A DNA stretch of 64,000 nucleotides from Candidatus Woykebacteria bacterium (GTDB lineage Bacteria; Patescibacteriota; Microgenomatia; Woykebacterales; RBG-16-39-9b), in NCBI GenBank assembly GCA_040876265.1, contig JBBDPN010000001.1, forward strand, positions 438,208-502,207, written 5' to 3'. Below, piece by piece: positions 25,297-35,260 of the stretch. How positions within the stretch are numbered: position 1 is the first letter of the stretch; every line of letters begins with the position of its first letter. The notes under the pieces were generated by a model, which made no database searches, was not told the origin of the DNA, and saw nothing but the letters and a program-made list of their open reading frames with translations. A program made the translations under genes and the position numbers.

Positions 25297-26064
25297 TTAT
25301 CGGTTTAAAATTTCCAACAATTCCTCATGTATCGTTCCATTTGTAACTAGTAGCTGAGAAGATTTCAGGTTCCAACCCCCACCATCCAAAGTGGTGGTTT
25401 TGCCGCCTGCTTCTTCAACTAGCAACAACCCACCAAGGAAATCCCAGATATTTATTCCCTGAATGATAAATGCATCAAGACGACCCGAGGCTACGTAGGC
25501 AAGTTCCAAAGAAGCACTGGAAAGGACTCTTGGGCTTTTTATTTTTGGGTAAACTTTGTCAAAAAGATCAAGCATTAAGGCTCTACTTTTACTATCTCTA
25601 CCTCTAGAGAAAGATAAAGTGCAATCGGAAACTTTACCTATATCAGAAACTTCTATTTTTTCCCCGTTCCAAAAAGCCCCCGCACCTTTTTCTGCTGTAA
25701 ACAAGGTGTTCGTAATAGAATTGTAAACAACCGCCATGGTGGTTTCTTTTTTGTGTGTGAGAGCTATGGACGTAGCAAATATCGGTATTCCCCTAGTAAA
25801 ATTGTTTGTTCCATCAAGAGGATCAATCATCCAAACATGCTCGTCGGCTTCTCCAATTGTCCCAGCTTCCTCACTAAGAATTTGGTGCCCAGGAAAATTT
25901 TTTTGGATCTGCTCAACAATTATTTTCTCGGCTTCAAGATCTGCTTTTGTGACAAAGGATTTATCTTCCTTTTCGTGAAGCTCGAGTATAGTCTCGAAAT
26001 GCTCTTCAAGCCTCTCACCAGCGATTTTTGCTGCCCTAATTGCTACGTCAAGTTCTTTACTCAT
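25297..26064 (-). CDS. inositol monophosphatase family protein
   Basis: WMIDPLDGTNNF metal-binding motif. Confidence 0.85.
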   Translation of the reverse strand: MSKELDVAIRAAKIAGERLEEHFETILELHEKEDKSFVTKADLEAEKIIVEQIQKNFPGHQILSEEAGTIGEADEHVWMIDPLDGTNNFTRGIPIFATSIALTHKKETTMAVVYNSITNTLFTAEKGAGAFWNGEKIEVSDIGKVSDCTLSFSRGRDSKSRALMLDLFDKVYPKIKSPRVLSSASLELAYVASGRLDAFIIQGINIWDFLGGLLLVEEAGGKTTTLDGGGWNLKSSQLLVTNGTIHEELLEILNR

Positions 26065-26068
26065 ATTA

Positions 26069-27442
26069 TTATGAATTTGCTTTGATTAGCTCGATTATTT
26101 CATCTCTTTTTTCTTCCATTAATCTTTTGTCGAGGGCTTCGACATTCAATCTTACCACAGGCTCTGTGTTCGAGGGGCGGATATTAAACCTCCAGTCTGT
26201 GAAATCTATTGATAAGCCATCGATAAAGTTGGCCTTACCATCGCTATATTTTTCCTGAAGCACCTGAATGACCCTATTAATATTCCCAATACGCGGATTA
26301 AGTTGGTCTGATTGGTAACTAACTGACAACGGCTTTAAAATTTCGGAAATTGGGTTGCCCTCTCTAGAAATAACTGAGAGGAAGATTAAAACAACTGTTA
26401 TTGGATCTTCTAAATAGTTTGTATCTTTGAATATAAAGTGGCCAGAGTTTTCGCCAAAAAAAATTGCGGCTTCTTTTTTCATTATTTCCGAAGCAAATGG
26501 GTTACCAATTCGGCTCACCAACGGTACGCCCCCGTTTTCTTTTACAGCGTGAATGCCGTTTAGCGTTGATCGGACATCGAATCCGATTTTCGCCCCAGGA
26601 TGCTTCTTTAAAAGCTCTCTTGCTATCAGAGCCGTGGTAACTGAGGCCGGTATTACTTCGCCTTTTTCGTCAACAAAGAATACTCTGTCGCTATCACCGT
26701 CTGGAGCTATTCCCAGATCCGCACCCTCGCTAACAACTTTTTTCCCAAGTTCTGCTAGTGTTTCGAACTCTGATGGGTCTGGTTTGTGAGCTGGAAAATT
26801 TCCATCTATTTCAAAATTCATTTTTACGAGCTTACAAGGCAGTTTCTTAAACAAGGCTTCTAAATACAAAGCCCCGGTAGCGTTGGCCGCGTCAGCAACA
26901 ATTTTTAGATCGTTAATACCTGTTGACTGCGTAATTTTTAGCGCTTTTTCTATCTGCGCTTCTATGACGTCTCCACCATGGGTTACCTTTCCCGCGTGGC
27001 CCAGCTTTTCAAATTTCTCCCCTAAAACAATTTCTTTTATCCTTTCCAGACCGGTACCCTCTCCCAACTTTGTTACCTGCGAGCCCTGCCTAAGGGCAAG
27101 TTTCACCCCATTGTATTCTTTTGGATTGTGGGAGGCACTGATTTGAATACCAGCGTCATAGTCATAGTGGTAAATTGAAAAGTAGAAGGTGGGAGTACCC
27201 GAAAGCCCGATATCAATAATTTGGGCTCCGCTACTAACTAACGCTTTTTTTGCTTGTTCCACGAGTGCTGGGCTGGAAAGCCTACCATCGTAGCTCAGAA
27301 CTATTTTTGGGGGTTTGGATCCACCGATTTTCTCGACTACAAAAGTGTAAAAGGCTTTGGCTATTTTTTCAACATCTTCTTCGTTTATCTCACCGGGGTA
27401 AACACCACGAATGTCGTAGGCTTTAAAAATAGACGGATCCAT
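26069..27442 (-). CDS. phosphoglucomutase/phosphomannomutase (alpha-D-phosphohexomutase)
   Basis: Active-site SASHNP and the GVK...DGDSDR metal loop are present. The start is taken at MDPSIFKAYDIRG (27442), not the upstream in-frame ATG. Confidence 0.85.
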   Translation of the reverse strand: MDPSIFKAYDIRGVYPGEINEEDVEKIAKAFYTFVVEKIGGSKPPKIVLSYDGRLSSPALVEQAKKALVSSGAQIIDIGLSGTPTFYFSIYHYDYDAGIQISASHNPKEYNGVKLALRQGSQVTKLGEGTGLERIKEIVLGEKFEKLGHAGKVTHGGDVIEAQIEKALKITQSTGINDLKIVADAANATGALYLEALFKKLPCKLVKMNFEIDGNFPAHKPDPSEFETLAELGKKVVSEGADLGIAPDGDSDRVFFVDEKGEVIPASVTTALIARELLKKHPGAKIGFDVRSTLNGIHAVKENGGVPLVSRIGNPFASEIMKKEAAIFFGENSGHFIFKDTNYLEDPITVVLIFLSVISREGNPISEILKPLSVSYQSDQLNPRIGNINRVIQVLQEKYSDGKANFIDGLSIDFTDWRFNIRPSNTEPVVRLNVEALDKRLMEEKRDEIIELIKANS

Positions 27443-27730
27443 AAAACTTATTTGATTATAGTTCAATATGAGAATTTGATAAAGGGTTGTGGAAAAGAGA
27501 AGCCACCCAAACCTCAATGAAGCATGGGTGGCCTTTGTCTCTGCGGCGTGTTTTGGGGACTCTGGACGCACGATGGTTGCTAGATCCCTAGGCCAACTGG
27601 TACTCTACCGTCAGGATCGAGAACGGCGATCGCAACCATAATGGCAAGAGAGGCTCCCACAATTACTGTGAGTGTTACCAATACTTACACCACTCCTCTC
27701 TGTGAAGATTTGGCAATTGGGCCAAAAAAT

Positions 27731-27754
27731 AAACAGCCCCGAAGGGTTGTTTTT
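27731..27754 (-). terminator. bidirectional rho-independent terminator (AACAGCCC-CGAA-GGGTTGTT + T-run on both strands)
   Basis: The hairpin has a G-U wobble and is flanked by A6 and T5. Confidence 0.55.
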
Positions 27755-27797
27755 GGCTCATTGCCGAAATTAATTGTACTTGTTCGAACCTAAAAAG

Positions 27798-28331
27798 TCA
27801 AGCTCTTTGCCCAGCAAAAGCTAATTTCCGATTTACCAAACTCTTGGCCAGTTCGTAACCGCCAAAGAAACTAATTGTGTAAAATAGATCTCCTGCTAGA
27901 GTGTTTTTTAGGAAAGGTAAACCCATTACGTAACTTTGCAGTAACCCACTTGGATCTCTAGCATAAGCACCAGCGACCCAAACAGCAAAATTAGTAATCA
28001 AGAAGAAAAGAACCGAGGAACCAATCGCGGCTGCCACCACTTTGGTCGGAGTTTTTCTTTTTCGCAGCCACATCCCAAGCAACCCAACCAAGGCAAACGA
28101 CCCATAAACGGAAATCATTACGAGCGGGGAGTAAAACCCGATGAAGATATCGCTTAGTAACATCGCGACCAGGGGAAAAATAAGCGCGTAACGGGGGGAC
28201 AGGTATGCTCCGCCAAAAAGTGCTATGGCTGCGATGGGCGCAAAGTTTGGTGGATGTGGCATTAGCCTTGCGGCAACCGCTAATCCGATTATTAACGCTG
28301 GATTAATTAAGCTGGGTAAGTATTTTTTCAT
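27798..28331 (-). CDS. hypothetical integral membrane protein (177 aa, about 5 TM)
   Basis: Hydrophobic throughout. No family recognised. Confidence 0.4.
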   Translation of the reverse strand: MKKYLPSLINPALIIGLAVAARLMPHPPNFAPIAAIALFGGAYLSPRYALIFPLVAMLLSDIFIGFYSPLVMISVYGSFALVGLLGMWLRKRKTPTKVVAAAIGSSVLFFLITNFAVWVAGAYARDPSGLLQSYVMGLPFLKNTLAGDLFYTISFFGGYELAKSLVNRKLAFAGQRA

Positions 28332-28337
28332 CTCTTT

Positions 28338-29609
28338 TTAATCTACATTATTTCTTTTGTATCGTCTAGCAACTATACCTGTAGAAGTCCCAATAATTAT
28401 CAAGCTAATACCCATTATTAAAAACAGATCGATTCGATTGTTTTTTTCTGCGGCACTTAAGCCCCGTCCAGTCTCTTCTACCGGTACTGCAGAACCTATA
28501 CCTGTATCTGGCAGACTCGCTGCAAGTACTTGACCATCTTCGTTGGTATCAGTAACAGAGAGCACCCTACCCTCATCGTCGTTTGTTTGCTCATCACTCT
28601 CTTGACTTGCTTCCTCATTGGTTGGTTGCTGGGGATCTTCCTCAAATACTTGCTCAAAGATACTAACCGGATAGGCAACTTGAGCAAATGCGGCTAAAGC
28701 GTAGCTAGAGGTGAATGTATCAGCACCAAAACCGGCTTGGTAGGCCACTCCACCACTTACATCTTGCAAACTAGCTAGGAAATTCAACCCGTTAGTCACC
28801 GCAGTATCCTCACCAATAAGAGCTTGCACCACCCAAGCAGTCGAGGCGGCGTCTGTACCAAAACCAGGTTGGTACTCCCAACCACCATCGGCTTGCTGTA
28901 ACCCCAAAAGGTAATTTACACCAGAATCTATAGCATCATCTAAACCAACGTTAGTAAAACCATTGTTAACCGCTGATTTTAAAGCTTGGAGTGCTACAGC
29001 AGTATCATTACTATCGCTGCTCCCACCAACTTGCCAGCTCCAACCACCGTCCACATTTTGATTAGCAATTAAGTAATCAACACTATCCGAAATTATCTCC
29101 TGGTCGGCACTTGGGCCGGCGGAAATTAAAGATAGTATTCCAAAGATATCATCGTTCAAGGTAGTAGTCGAACCGATCTGGCCACCATCGTAAAAACTCT
29201 CAACCTTGGCCACGTAGTTGTGGCCGCCAAAAGTAAAAGGGTTCTCACCCGCAGCAGTAACAGCTAGTAAATCTCGCTCCCAACCGGTTGTGGCCGTATC
29301 AGAGGGTGGATTGGCAGCTAGAAAATCCAAAAGGGAGTTACCGCTATTTTCGATTGTATTTGGATCTACCCCAGAAGCAGTCAAACCCATTATCGTCCAA
29401 CTAGTCTCACCCCCAAATCCTGAAATTTTTCCACTTGTTTCTTGTTGGCTTTCAAGATAAGTAACCAGCGTGGTGATGTTACTACTCATGTCTGGGGTAG
29501 CAGCAAATACAGGGCTAGTAAAGCTTGCCGCTGCAAGAACAGAAGCTAATACGGCAGAAGAAATTTTAAATTTTTTGGACATTTTTACCTCCTTTAGGTA
29601 GCTTTCCAA
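28338..29609 (-). CDS. secreted cell-surface protein with prenyltransferase/terpenoid-cyclase-like repeats and LPDTG-like C-terminal anchor
   Basis: An N-terminal signal peptide is present. The motif (D/Q)GGW...TA.A(L/V)QAL repeats. The C-terminus has LPDTG, then a TM helix, then RRYKR. Confidence 0.45.
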   Translation of the reverse strand: MESYLKEVKMSKKFKISSAVLASVLAAASFTSPVFAATPDMSSNITTLVTYLESQQETSGKISGFGGETSWTIMGLTASGVDPNTIENSGNSLLDFLAANPPSDTATTGWERDLLAVTAAGENPFTFGGHNYVAKVESFYDGGQIGSTTTLNDDIFGILSLISAGPSADQEIISDSVDYLIANQNVDGGWSWQVGGSSDSNDTAVALQALKSAVNNGFTNVGLDDAIDSGVNYLLGLQQADGGWEYQPGFGTDAASTAWVVQALIGEDTAVTNGLNFLASLQDVSGGVAYQAGFGADTFTSSYALAAFAQVAYPVSIFEQVFEEDPQQPTNEEASQESDEQTNDDEGRVLSVTDTNEDGQVLAASLPDTGIGSAVPVEETGRGLSAAEKNNRIDLFLIMGISLIIIGTSTGIVARRYKRNNVD

Positions 29610-30211
29610 ATAATAATATTTCCAGGTTCTACTGTATCTAAGGAGGCACCTTCGCCTGAACCAGGTACCTTTTCCCCGTTTTTATCTTTCAGTGTGTACG
29701 TCCAACACTCGCAGTTGAAACTATGGATCTCAATAATATAGTAACTGTTCAAGGGCATACCGTACCATTTAGCTACTAGTGAAAATTTATTTTCGTGACT
29801 AGCACTCTCTAGCACGTCGTAAACACTCATCCCTTGCCTCCAAGAAACCTGGTAAGAATAATTCGAAGTGCTTGTGCTAATTTTTAGGTCGACGGTTTCT
29901 TTTTCCCGGTTTTTTTCTCCAGTTGCTTGAGCAATTGTTTCCTGTAGTACTTTGCCTGTAGTAGTTTCGATAGGTTCGGATTTTGCGATTGGTTCGTGAC
30001 TATTTTTGGAAATTTCGTTAGCAGTTGTTTTTTTAGACGAAATCGTGGCTTTAGAGGTATCCGCTACAGATCCAATTTTATTTTGATTTTTTCCTACGTT
30101 GGAATTAGCAGATTGAAAATTAATCGGCAAAACGAAGAGTATTGCTACCGCTATAACGGTTAGAGTGGAAACAATAAATTTTTTTAAGTTTAATTTAAGC
30201 TTCTCTAGCAC
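29594..30211 (-). CDS. hypothetical membrane-anchored/secreted protein
   Basis: An N-terminal TM helix is present. It overlaps the upstream gene by 16 nt. Confidence 0.4.
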   Translation of the reverse strand: MLEKLKLNLKKFIVSTLTVIAVAILFVLPINFQSANSNVGKNQNKIGSVADTSKATISSKKTTANEISKNSHEPIAKSEPIETTTGKVLQETIAQATGEKNREKETVDLKISTSTSNYSYQVSWRQGMSVYDVLESASHENKFSLVAKWYGMPLNSYYIIEIHSFNCECWTYTLKDKNGEKVPGSGEGASLDTVEPGNIIIWKAT

Positions 30212-30440
30212 GAAAAAACCTCCTAGATCTAGAGCAAAGGAGGCTATTTCTCACCAAAAAACCTTCTCGAGCTTGAGAAGGTTCCATTGGTACAAATGTA
30301 CTTTGTGCCCTTTGCTCGAAGGAATAGAAACTATCAAAAGCCTTCGACCCGACTGTTACGGTTGCGGCACAGCGTCTGATTTTCACAGACTTCGGAGCTT
30401 TTGACTAAATTTTTAAAGTAATTCTACTTTACCAAAATTT

Positions 30441-30743
30441 TCAATAATTACAAGATCTTATTTTTTGAGCCGATGCTGTACTTATATTTTCCCAGTATAA
30501 CAAAATTCTATTTGCTTCTTTTTCTCCGAGTGCTGTTTCTAAACAATTAGTATAGACTTTATTTTTCGCTGCTAATATATTTGGTGTTGCCGCTAGCCCT
30601 GGTTCTATCTCAATTTCATTTAAGTTTATCCCTAAAATGGTGGGGATGTTTATCAAAATAAAAAATCCTACCACGACTCCTATACCTACCACCAACCAAA
30701 CCGCTGTAGTTATACCTATCAGAATTTGGAGGTACTTATTCAT
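30441..30743 (-). CDS. small membrane protein (100 aa)
   Basis: N-terminal TM LQILIGITTAVWLVVGIGVVVGFFILI. Confidence 0.4.
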   Translation of the reverse strand: MNKYLQILIGITTAVWLVVGIGVVVGFFILINIPTILGINLNEIEIEPGLAATPNILAAKNKVYTNCLETALGEKEANRILLYWENISTASAQKIRSCNY

Positions 30744-30894
30744 CTTTTAGCTTTTCAACCTCCAACTTCAGCTTTGTTTTGTTGGCTTTCGAATCCTCCA
30801 AACCCTTACGATAACCCATTCTATAATCAGGAAACCCAATCAACACTATTAATATAAGTAGTATGATAATGTACCCTAAGACGTGACCCATAAC

Positions 30895-33480
30895 CTAACA
30901 CTCCGAATTACCACAGCTGTAACATTTTTTGCAGCCTTCTTCGTAGACGAAACTGGCTGATCCACATTTTGGACAAATATCGCGGCGCACTTCGGTGGTC
31001 AGGAGACCCGCTTGCTGTGGTGCTTCTTCTGCTGGCTCTTTTACTTCCTCTTGTTCCTCTTGGGGTTCTCCTACACCGTTACTCCCACTACCATGACCAT
31101 TTCCATCTCCGTTTGTAACTACTGCTCCGTTAGTTAGCGTGGCCCCGTTGCCGTTTAGTTCCGCTTTCTCTTTAGTCTCTTCGGTTTGCTTTAGATACTC
31201 CGCGACTACTTTCGCGATTGCATCCGCCATAGAGTAAACGCGGTTGCTACCGAAACCCATTTGGCTCGCTCCACCTATACCCCTCAATTGATCAACTACC
31301 TCACGAAGCACTTCTCTCGCTGGGAATTTTGATGGTATACGCAGAGACAACGAGATAAGTCTTCCGAGAGCTTCTGCATCTGCTTTTATGTCGCTGCCAG
31401 CTTTTCCAACGTTGATAAAGACTTCGAATGGATTACCATGGCCATCTCCGTTGATAGTGATAAATGCATGGCCCACTGGTGTAGGCATCCAACGAGTAAC
31501 ACCCTCTAAGTTTTCTGGCCTCTTTCTCATGAAGGCTGCTTCATTTAAGTGCTGTTTTTCAGTGGCTACTTCAATACCTGCCTGTTCTTTCTTTTCTTCT
31601 TTTCGCTCGTCCTGAGCTTCTGTCGAAGGTTTCGCGTCCCCGTGAGAAAGGACCCCAGCTCGGCTCCCGTCTCTCATGTAAGTAACCCCTTTGCAACCAA
31701 GCTCGTAGGCTAAGTTGTAAAGCCTTTTTACATCCTCGACACTGTGATTATTTGGCGCATTAACTGTTTTACTGATGGATGAATCGGTATAATCTTGGAT
31801 AAGAGCTTGCATCTGGACGTGATCTTCTGGAGTGAGATCATTGGCCGAGACAAAATATTCTGGGTGGCTCTCATCCGGATGCTCCTCTTGCCATTTCTGA
31901 TAGATTGGGTGATAAATAACGTGCTCGCCAGTGCGGTCGCGACGGGTCATAGCAAAATCGTACACCGGCTCTATACCGCTGGAGACTCCTGAGACTAGGC
32001 TAGTAGTTCCAGTGGGTGCTTGAGTAAGGAGCACGGCGTTTCTTAGTCCCTGCTTAGCTATTTTTTCACGAATTTGTGTTGGCAATTTTTTGATAAACCA
32101 CCCTTGTAGATATTTTTCTTTATCAAAGTTAGGAAAAACGCCTTTTTCGGTTGCTAAATCTGCGCTTACTTCGTAGGCGGCGTCCCGAACAGTCTTGTAG
32201 ATTTTTTCAACGGTCGGCAGCGCTTCGGGGCTGCCATAGCGCAGTCCCATCATGATTAGGGCGTCACCCAACCCCATTGTTCCAAGGCCGGTGCGGCGAA
32301 TACCCATTTGTTGTTTTTTGTTTTCGGGGAAGTAGTAACCGGTAGCGTCCACTACATTATCCATAAAGCGGATCGCGACTTTTACGTGTTCGGCCAGCCC
32401 CTTGTAATCAAATTCAGCAGCGCCCACTTCTCCCTTAGTAAAGGCGGTGAGGTTCATCGCGCCTAAATTACAGACCGCCCAAGCACCCAGAGGTTGCTCA
32501 CCACAAGGATTGGTGGAGATTAGTTTTTCAAAATACCAAGTGTTGCTTCGCTCGTTGCTTCTTTGGATAAAGTGGGTGCCAGGCTCGGCTGAAACCCAAG
32601 CGGCCTGGCAGATTTTGTCCCAGACCTCGCGAGCTTTAACACTCTCGTAAACTTTTACTTTTTTGCCGGCGGCTTTCCATTTTTCTATATCACCGTCCCA
32701 GACTTCGTCGTATTGCGGATCGCTAATATCTGGGAAAACCAAATCCCAATCTTTATCTTCTTTCACAGCTTTCATAAAATCATCGGAGATACAGACGGAA
32801 AGGTTGGCGCCGTTTATCTTGGTCAAATCTTGTTTTACTTCGATAAATTCGAGGAGGTCTGGGTGCCAATCGTTAATCATCAACATCAGCGCCCCACGAC
32901 GTGTGCCCCCCTGTTGGATCACGTCGTGGGTAGCCGTACTGTAAAGCTCGGCCCAGACTACAGGTCCGGAGCTCCAACCATTTACTTTTTTCACACGAGA
33001 ACCACGTGGTCGAAGTGAGGAAAGATTTATTCCCACCCCACCAGAGCGGCTCATAATATCTACCATTATTTTTAAGTTATCGATTATTCCATCTCGGGAG
33101 TCGTGTGGGGAAGGGATAACAAAACAATTGTAGTAAGTAACGTCATATGCTGTACCAGCACCAGAAAGTACTCTACCACCGGGAACGAATTTAAAATCTT
33201 TTAGTGTATTGTAAAAGCGCGCCGTCCACTCCTCCTGCTTCTTTTTGCCTTTTTCCATTTGGGCGATACCGGCGGCCACACGAGCCCACATTTGCTCTGG
33301 ATACTCTTCGACAGGAGCGCCGTCTGGGTCTTTGAGGGAATATCTATCGGAAAAAACTTTGGCTCTTACACCGTCCAAGGTGGTTTTTGAATCATCTGTA
33401 ATTAACCCTTCTAAATGCGCTTGTGTTTTTGCATTGAAGGCAACCTGAGTTTTAGTTTTGGCAGCAGGTTTTTTACTCAT
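30895..33480 (-). CDS. nrdJ: class II (adenosylcobalamin-dependent) ribonucleotide reductase
   Basis: TNPCGEQPL active-site motif. The C-terminus carries a CPKCGS...CKKCYSCGN zinc ribbon preceded by a Gly/Asn-rich linker. Confidence 0.9.
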   Translation of the reverse strand: MSKKPAAKTKTQVAFNAKTQAHLEGLITDDSKTTLDGVRAKVFSDRYSLKDPDGAPVEEYPEQMWARVAAGIAQMEKGKKKQEEWTARFYNTLKDFKFVPGGRVLSGAGTAYDVTYYNCFVIPSPHDSRDGIIDNLKIMVDIMSRSGGVGINLSSLRPRGSRVKKVNGWSSGPVVWAELYSTATHDVIQQGGTRRGALMLMINDWHPDLLEFIEVKQDLTKINGANLSVCISDDFMKAVKEDKDWDLVFPDISDPQYDEVWDGDIEKWKAAGKKVKVYESVKAREVWDKICQAAWVSAEPGTHFIQRSNERSNTWYFEKLISTNPCGEQPLGAWAVCNLGAMNLTAFTKGEVGAAEFDYKGLAEHVKVAIRFMDNVVDATGYYFPENKKQQMGIRRTGLGTMGLGDALIMMGLRYGSPEALPTVEKIYKTVRDAAYEVSADLATEKGVFPNFDKEKYLQGWFIKKLPTQIREKIAKQGLRNAVLLTQAPTGTTSLVSGVSSGIEPVYDFAMTRRDRTGEHVIYHPIYQKWQEEHPDESHPEYFVSANDLTPEDHVQMQALIQDYTDSSISKTVNAPNNHSVEDVKRLYNLAYELGCKGVTYMRDGSRAGVLSHGDAKPSTEAQDERKEEKKEQAGIEVATEKQHLNEAAFMRKRPENLEGVTRWMPTPVGHAFITINGDGHGNPFEVFINVGKAGSDIKADAEALGRLISLSLRIPSKFPAREVLREVVDQLRGIGGASQMGFGSNRVYSMADAIAKVVAEYLKQTEETKEKAELNGNGATLTNGAVVTNGDGNGHGSGSNGVGEPQEEQEEVKEPAEEAPQQAGLLTTEVRRDICPKCGSASFVYEEGCKKCYSCGNSEC

Positions 33481-33515
33481 GAATTAAATGCTCCTCCTTA
33501 AATTTTTTTATTATT

Positions 33516-33989
33516 TTAAGCACTCCCGGCCGTTTTCTCGGACCGAGTTAAATTCTGGACTTCTTTTTCAAAAGACTGCACGTCCTCGAATGCCCGGTAG
33601 ACACTGGCAAAGCGGATGTAAGCGACTTTGTCCAGCGCTTTCAACCTTCGAATCACTTTTTCACCGATTACTTTACTAGGAATTTCCGTGGTTTTCAGCT
33701 TTCGTAGAGTTTGTTCGACTTCATCAACAGTTTCCTCGATGGTATCTGTAGAAATTGGGCGTTTTTCGCACGCTCTTTGGATACCAGTGAGGAGCTTAGC
33801 CCGGTTAAACTGTTCCCGACGGCCGTCCTTTTTGATTATGAAAAGATCAACTACATCTACTCTCTCGTAGGTGGTGAAACGCTTGTTGCATTTGAGACAT
33901 TCGCGACGGCGGCGAACGGATGATAGATCTTCTGAATCACGCGAGTCTAAAACTTGATTTTCTTCATGAGCACAATAAGGACATTTCAT
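33516..33989 (-). CDS. nrdR: transcriptional repressor NrdR (Zn ribbon + ATP cone)
   Basis: MKCPYCAHEENQVLDSRDSEDLSSVRRRRECLKCNKRFTTYE. Confidence 0.9.
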   Translation of the reverse strand: MKCPYCAHEENQVLDSRDSEDLSSVRRRRECLKCNKRFTTYERVDVVDLFIIKKDGRREQFNRAKLLTGIQRACEKRPISTDTIEETVDEVEQTLRKLKTTEIPSKVIGEKVIRRLKALDKVAYIRFASVYRAFEDVQSFEKEVQNLTRSEKTAGSA

Positions 33990-34103
33990 CGCTTTTTAAA
34001 ATTAATAAAGGAATCTCTTCCTTAGTGGTAAAAAAAACGGGCGTAGCGCCCCTTCAGCCTGCTTAAGTTACGTCTGCCCCATTTCACGTGTGGAAAGTAC
34101 CAA

Positions 34104-34150
34104 ACACAATATCTTGCGTGTCATAGTTATCGTAATACCAATATCTAGTG
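34104..34150 (-). promoter_or_regulatory. candidate tandem NrdR boxes upstream of nrdR-nrdJ
   Basis: ACACAATATCTTGCGTGT and ACCAATATCTAGTG resemble the acaCwAtATaTwGtgt consensus. They are spaced about 31 bp apart. Confidence 0.35.
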
Positions 34151-34276
34151 CTTGTCAATAGGTCTTGCAGGCACGACTTTTTCTTATAGGATTTACTAGT
34201 TAATGCTTTGATGGCTTTGTATACGTTGCGATACTTTTAGTTAGATTATTACAGTATTAAATGAACCGGACTAAAG

Positions 34277-35236
34277 CTACTTAGCTATCTTTACAGCGGT
34301 TTTTTCTTTGGCTTTTTCTTCTTCCAACATTTCTTCCGCGTCCATTGCCGCGATACACCCAGCTCCTGCCGCCGTCACGGCTTGCTGATAATGCCAATCA
34401 TGGACATCACCAGCGGCAAAAACTCCTGGTACTGAGGTTTTGGAATGATCTTTCAACACTACGTATCCTTTTTCATCTAGATCAATCTGCCCTTTCAAAA
34501 ATTCAGTATTTGGTTTATGGCCAATGGCAACAAAGAGACCGTCAAACCCCATCTTACTAGTTTTGTTCGTCCTTATATTTTTCAGTATTACTCCTTCCAC
34601 CTTTGTGTCTCCCAAAACTTCTATTACTTCGCTATTCCAAATGAATTTAATTTTTTTGTTGGCGAAAGCTCGATCTTGAAGAGCTGGAAAAGCCCGGAGC
34701 TCGTCTCTTCTGTGTATCACGTGCACTTCTCGCCCAAATTTGGTCAGAAATAAGGCCTCGCGCATCGCTGAGTCGCCACCACCTACCACAGCTATCTTTT
34801 TATCTTTAAAGAAGGGGGCGTCACAAACTGCGCAAGAAGAAACACCTTTTCCAATAAGCTTCTGCTCGCTTGGTATACCTAACCATTTTGCGCTAGCTCC
34901 AGTCGACAAAATCAAAGTCTTTGCTAAAAATATCTCTGTCGGCGTATATACCTTAAAAGGTCTATTTGAAAGATCGCTCTTTATAACATTAACGTTGATA
35001 ATTTCTGCGCCAAGCCTCTCGGCTTGTTTTCTCATCCGAGTCATCAATTCTGGACCTTGAATCACATCTGGAAAGCCGGGGAAATCTTCCACGTCGGTCG
35101 TGAGCATAAGCTGCCCACCCGCTTCTACACCGGCGATCACAAGAATTTTTAGATTTCCGCGAGATGCATAAATAGCAGCAGTCAATCCTGCCGGACCGCT
35201 ACCGATAACAATTACATCGTAAGTATTTTTACTCAT
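34277..35236 (-). CDS. trxB: thioredoxin reductase
   Basis: VIVIGSGPAGLTAA FAD motif. CAVCD redox-active disulfide. GGGDSA NADPH motif. Confidence 0.9.
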   Translation of the reverse strand: MSKNTYDVIVIGSGPAGLTAAIYASRGNLKILVIAGVEAGGQLMLTTDVEDFPGFPDVIQGPELMTRMRKQAERLGAEIINVNVIKSDLSNRPFKVYTPTEIFLAKTLILSTGASAKWLGIPSEQKLIGKGVSSCAVCDAPFFKDKKIAVVGGGDSAMREALFLTKFGREVHVIHRRDELRAFPALQDRAFANKKIKFIWNSEVIEVLGDTKVEGVILKNIRTNKTSKMGFDGLFVAIGHKPNTEFLKGQIDLDEKGYVVLKDHSKTSVPGVFAAGDVHDWHYQQAVTAAGAGCIAAMDAEEMLEEEKAKEKTAVKIAK

Positions 35237-35260
35237 AACTAATCTATTTTAACAAGTCGC

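Noticed and set aside
26069-27571. Long 500-aa version of the phosphohexomutase ORF
   Set aside because: Family members start at MDPSIFKAYDIRG. The 43 extra N-terminal residues are hydrophobic junk. A TATAAT -10 lies inside that extension.
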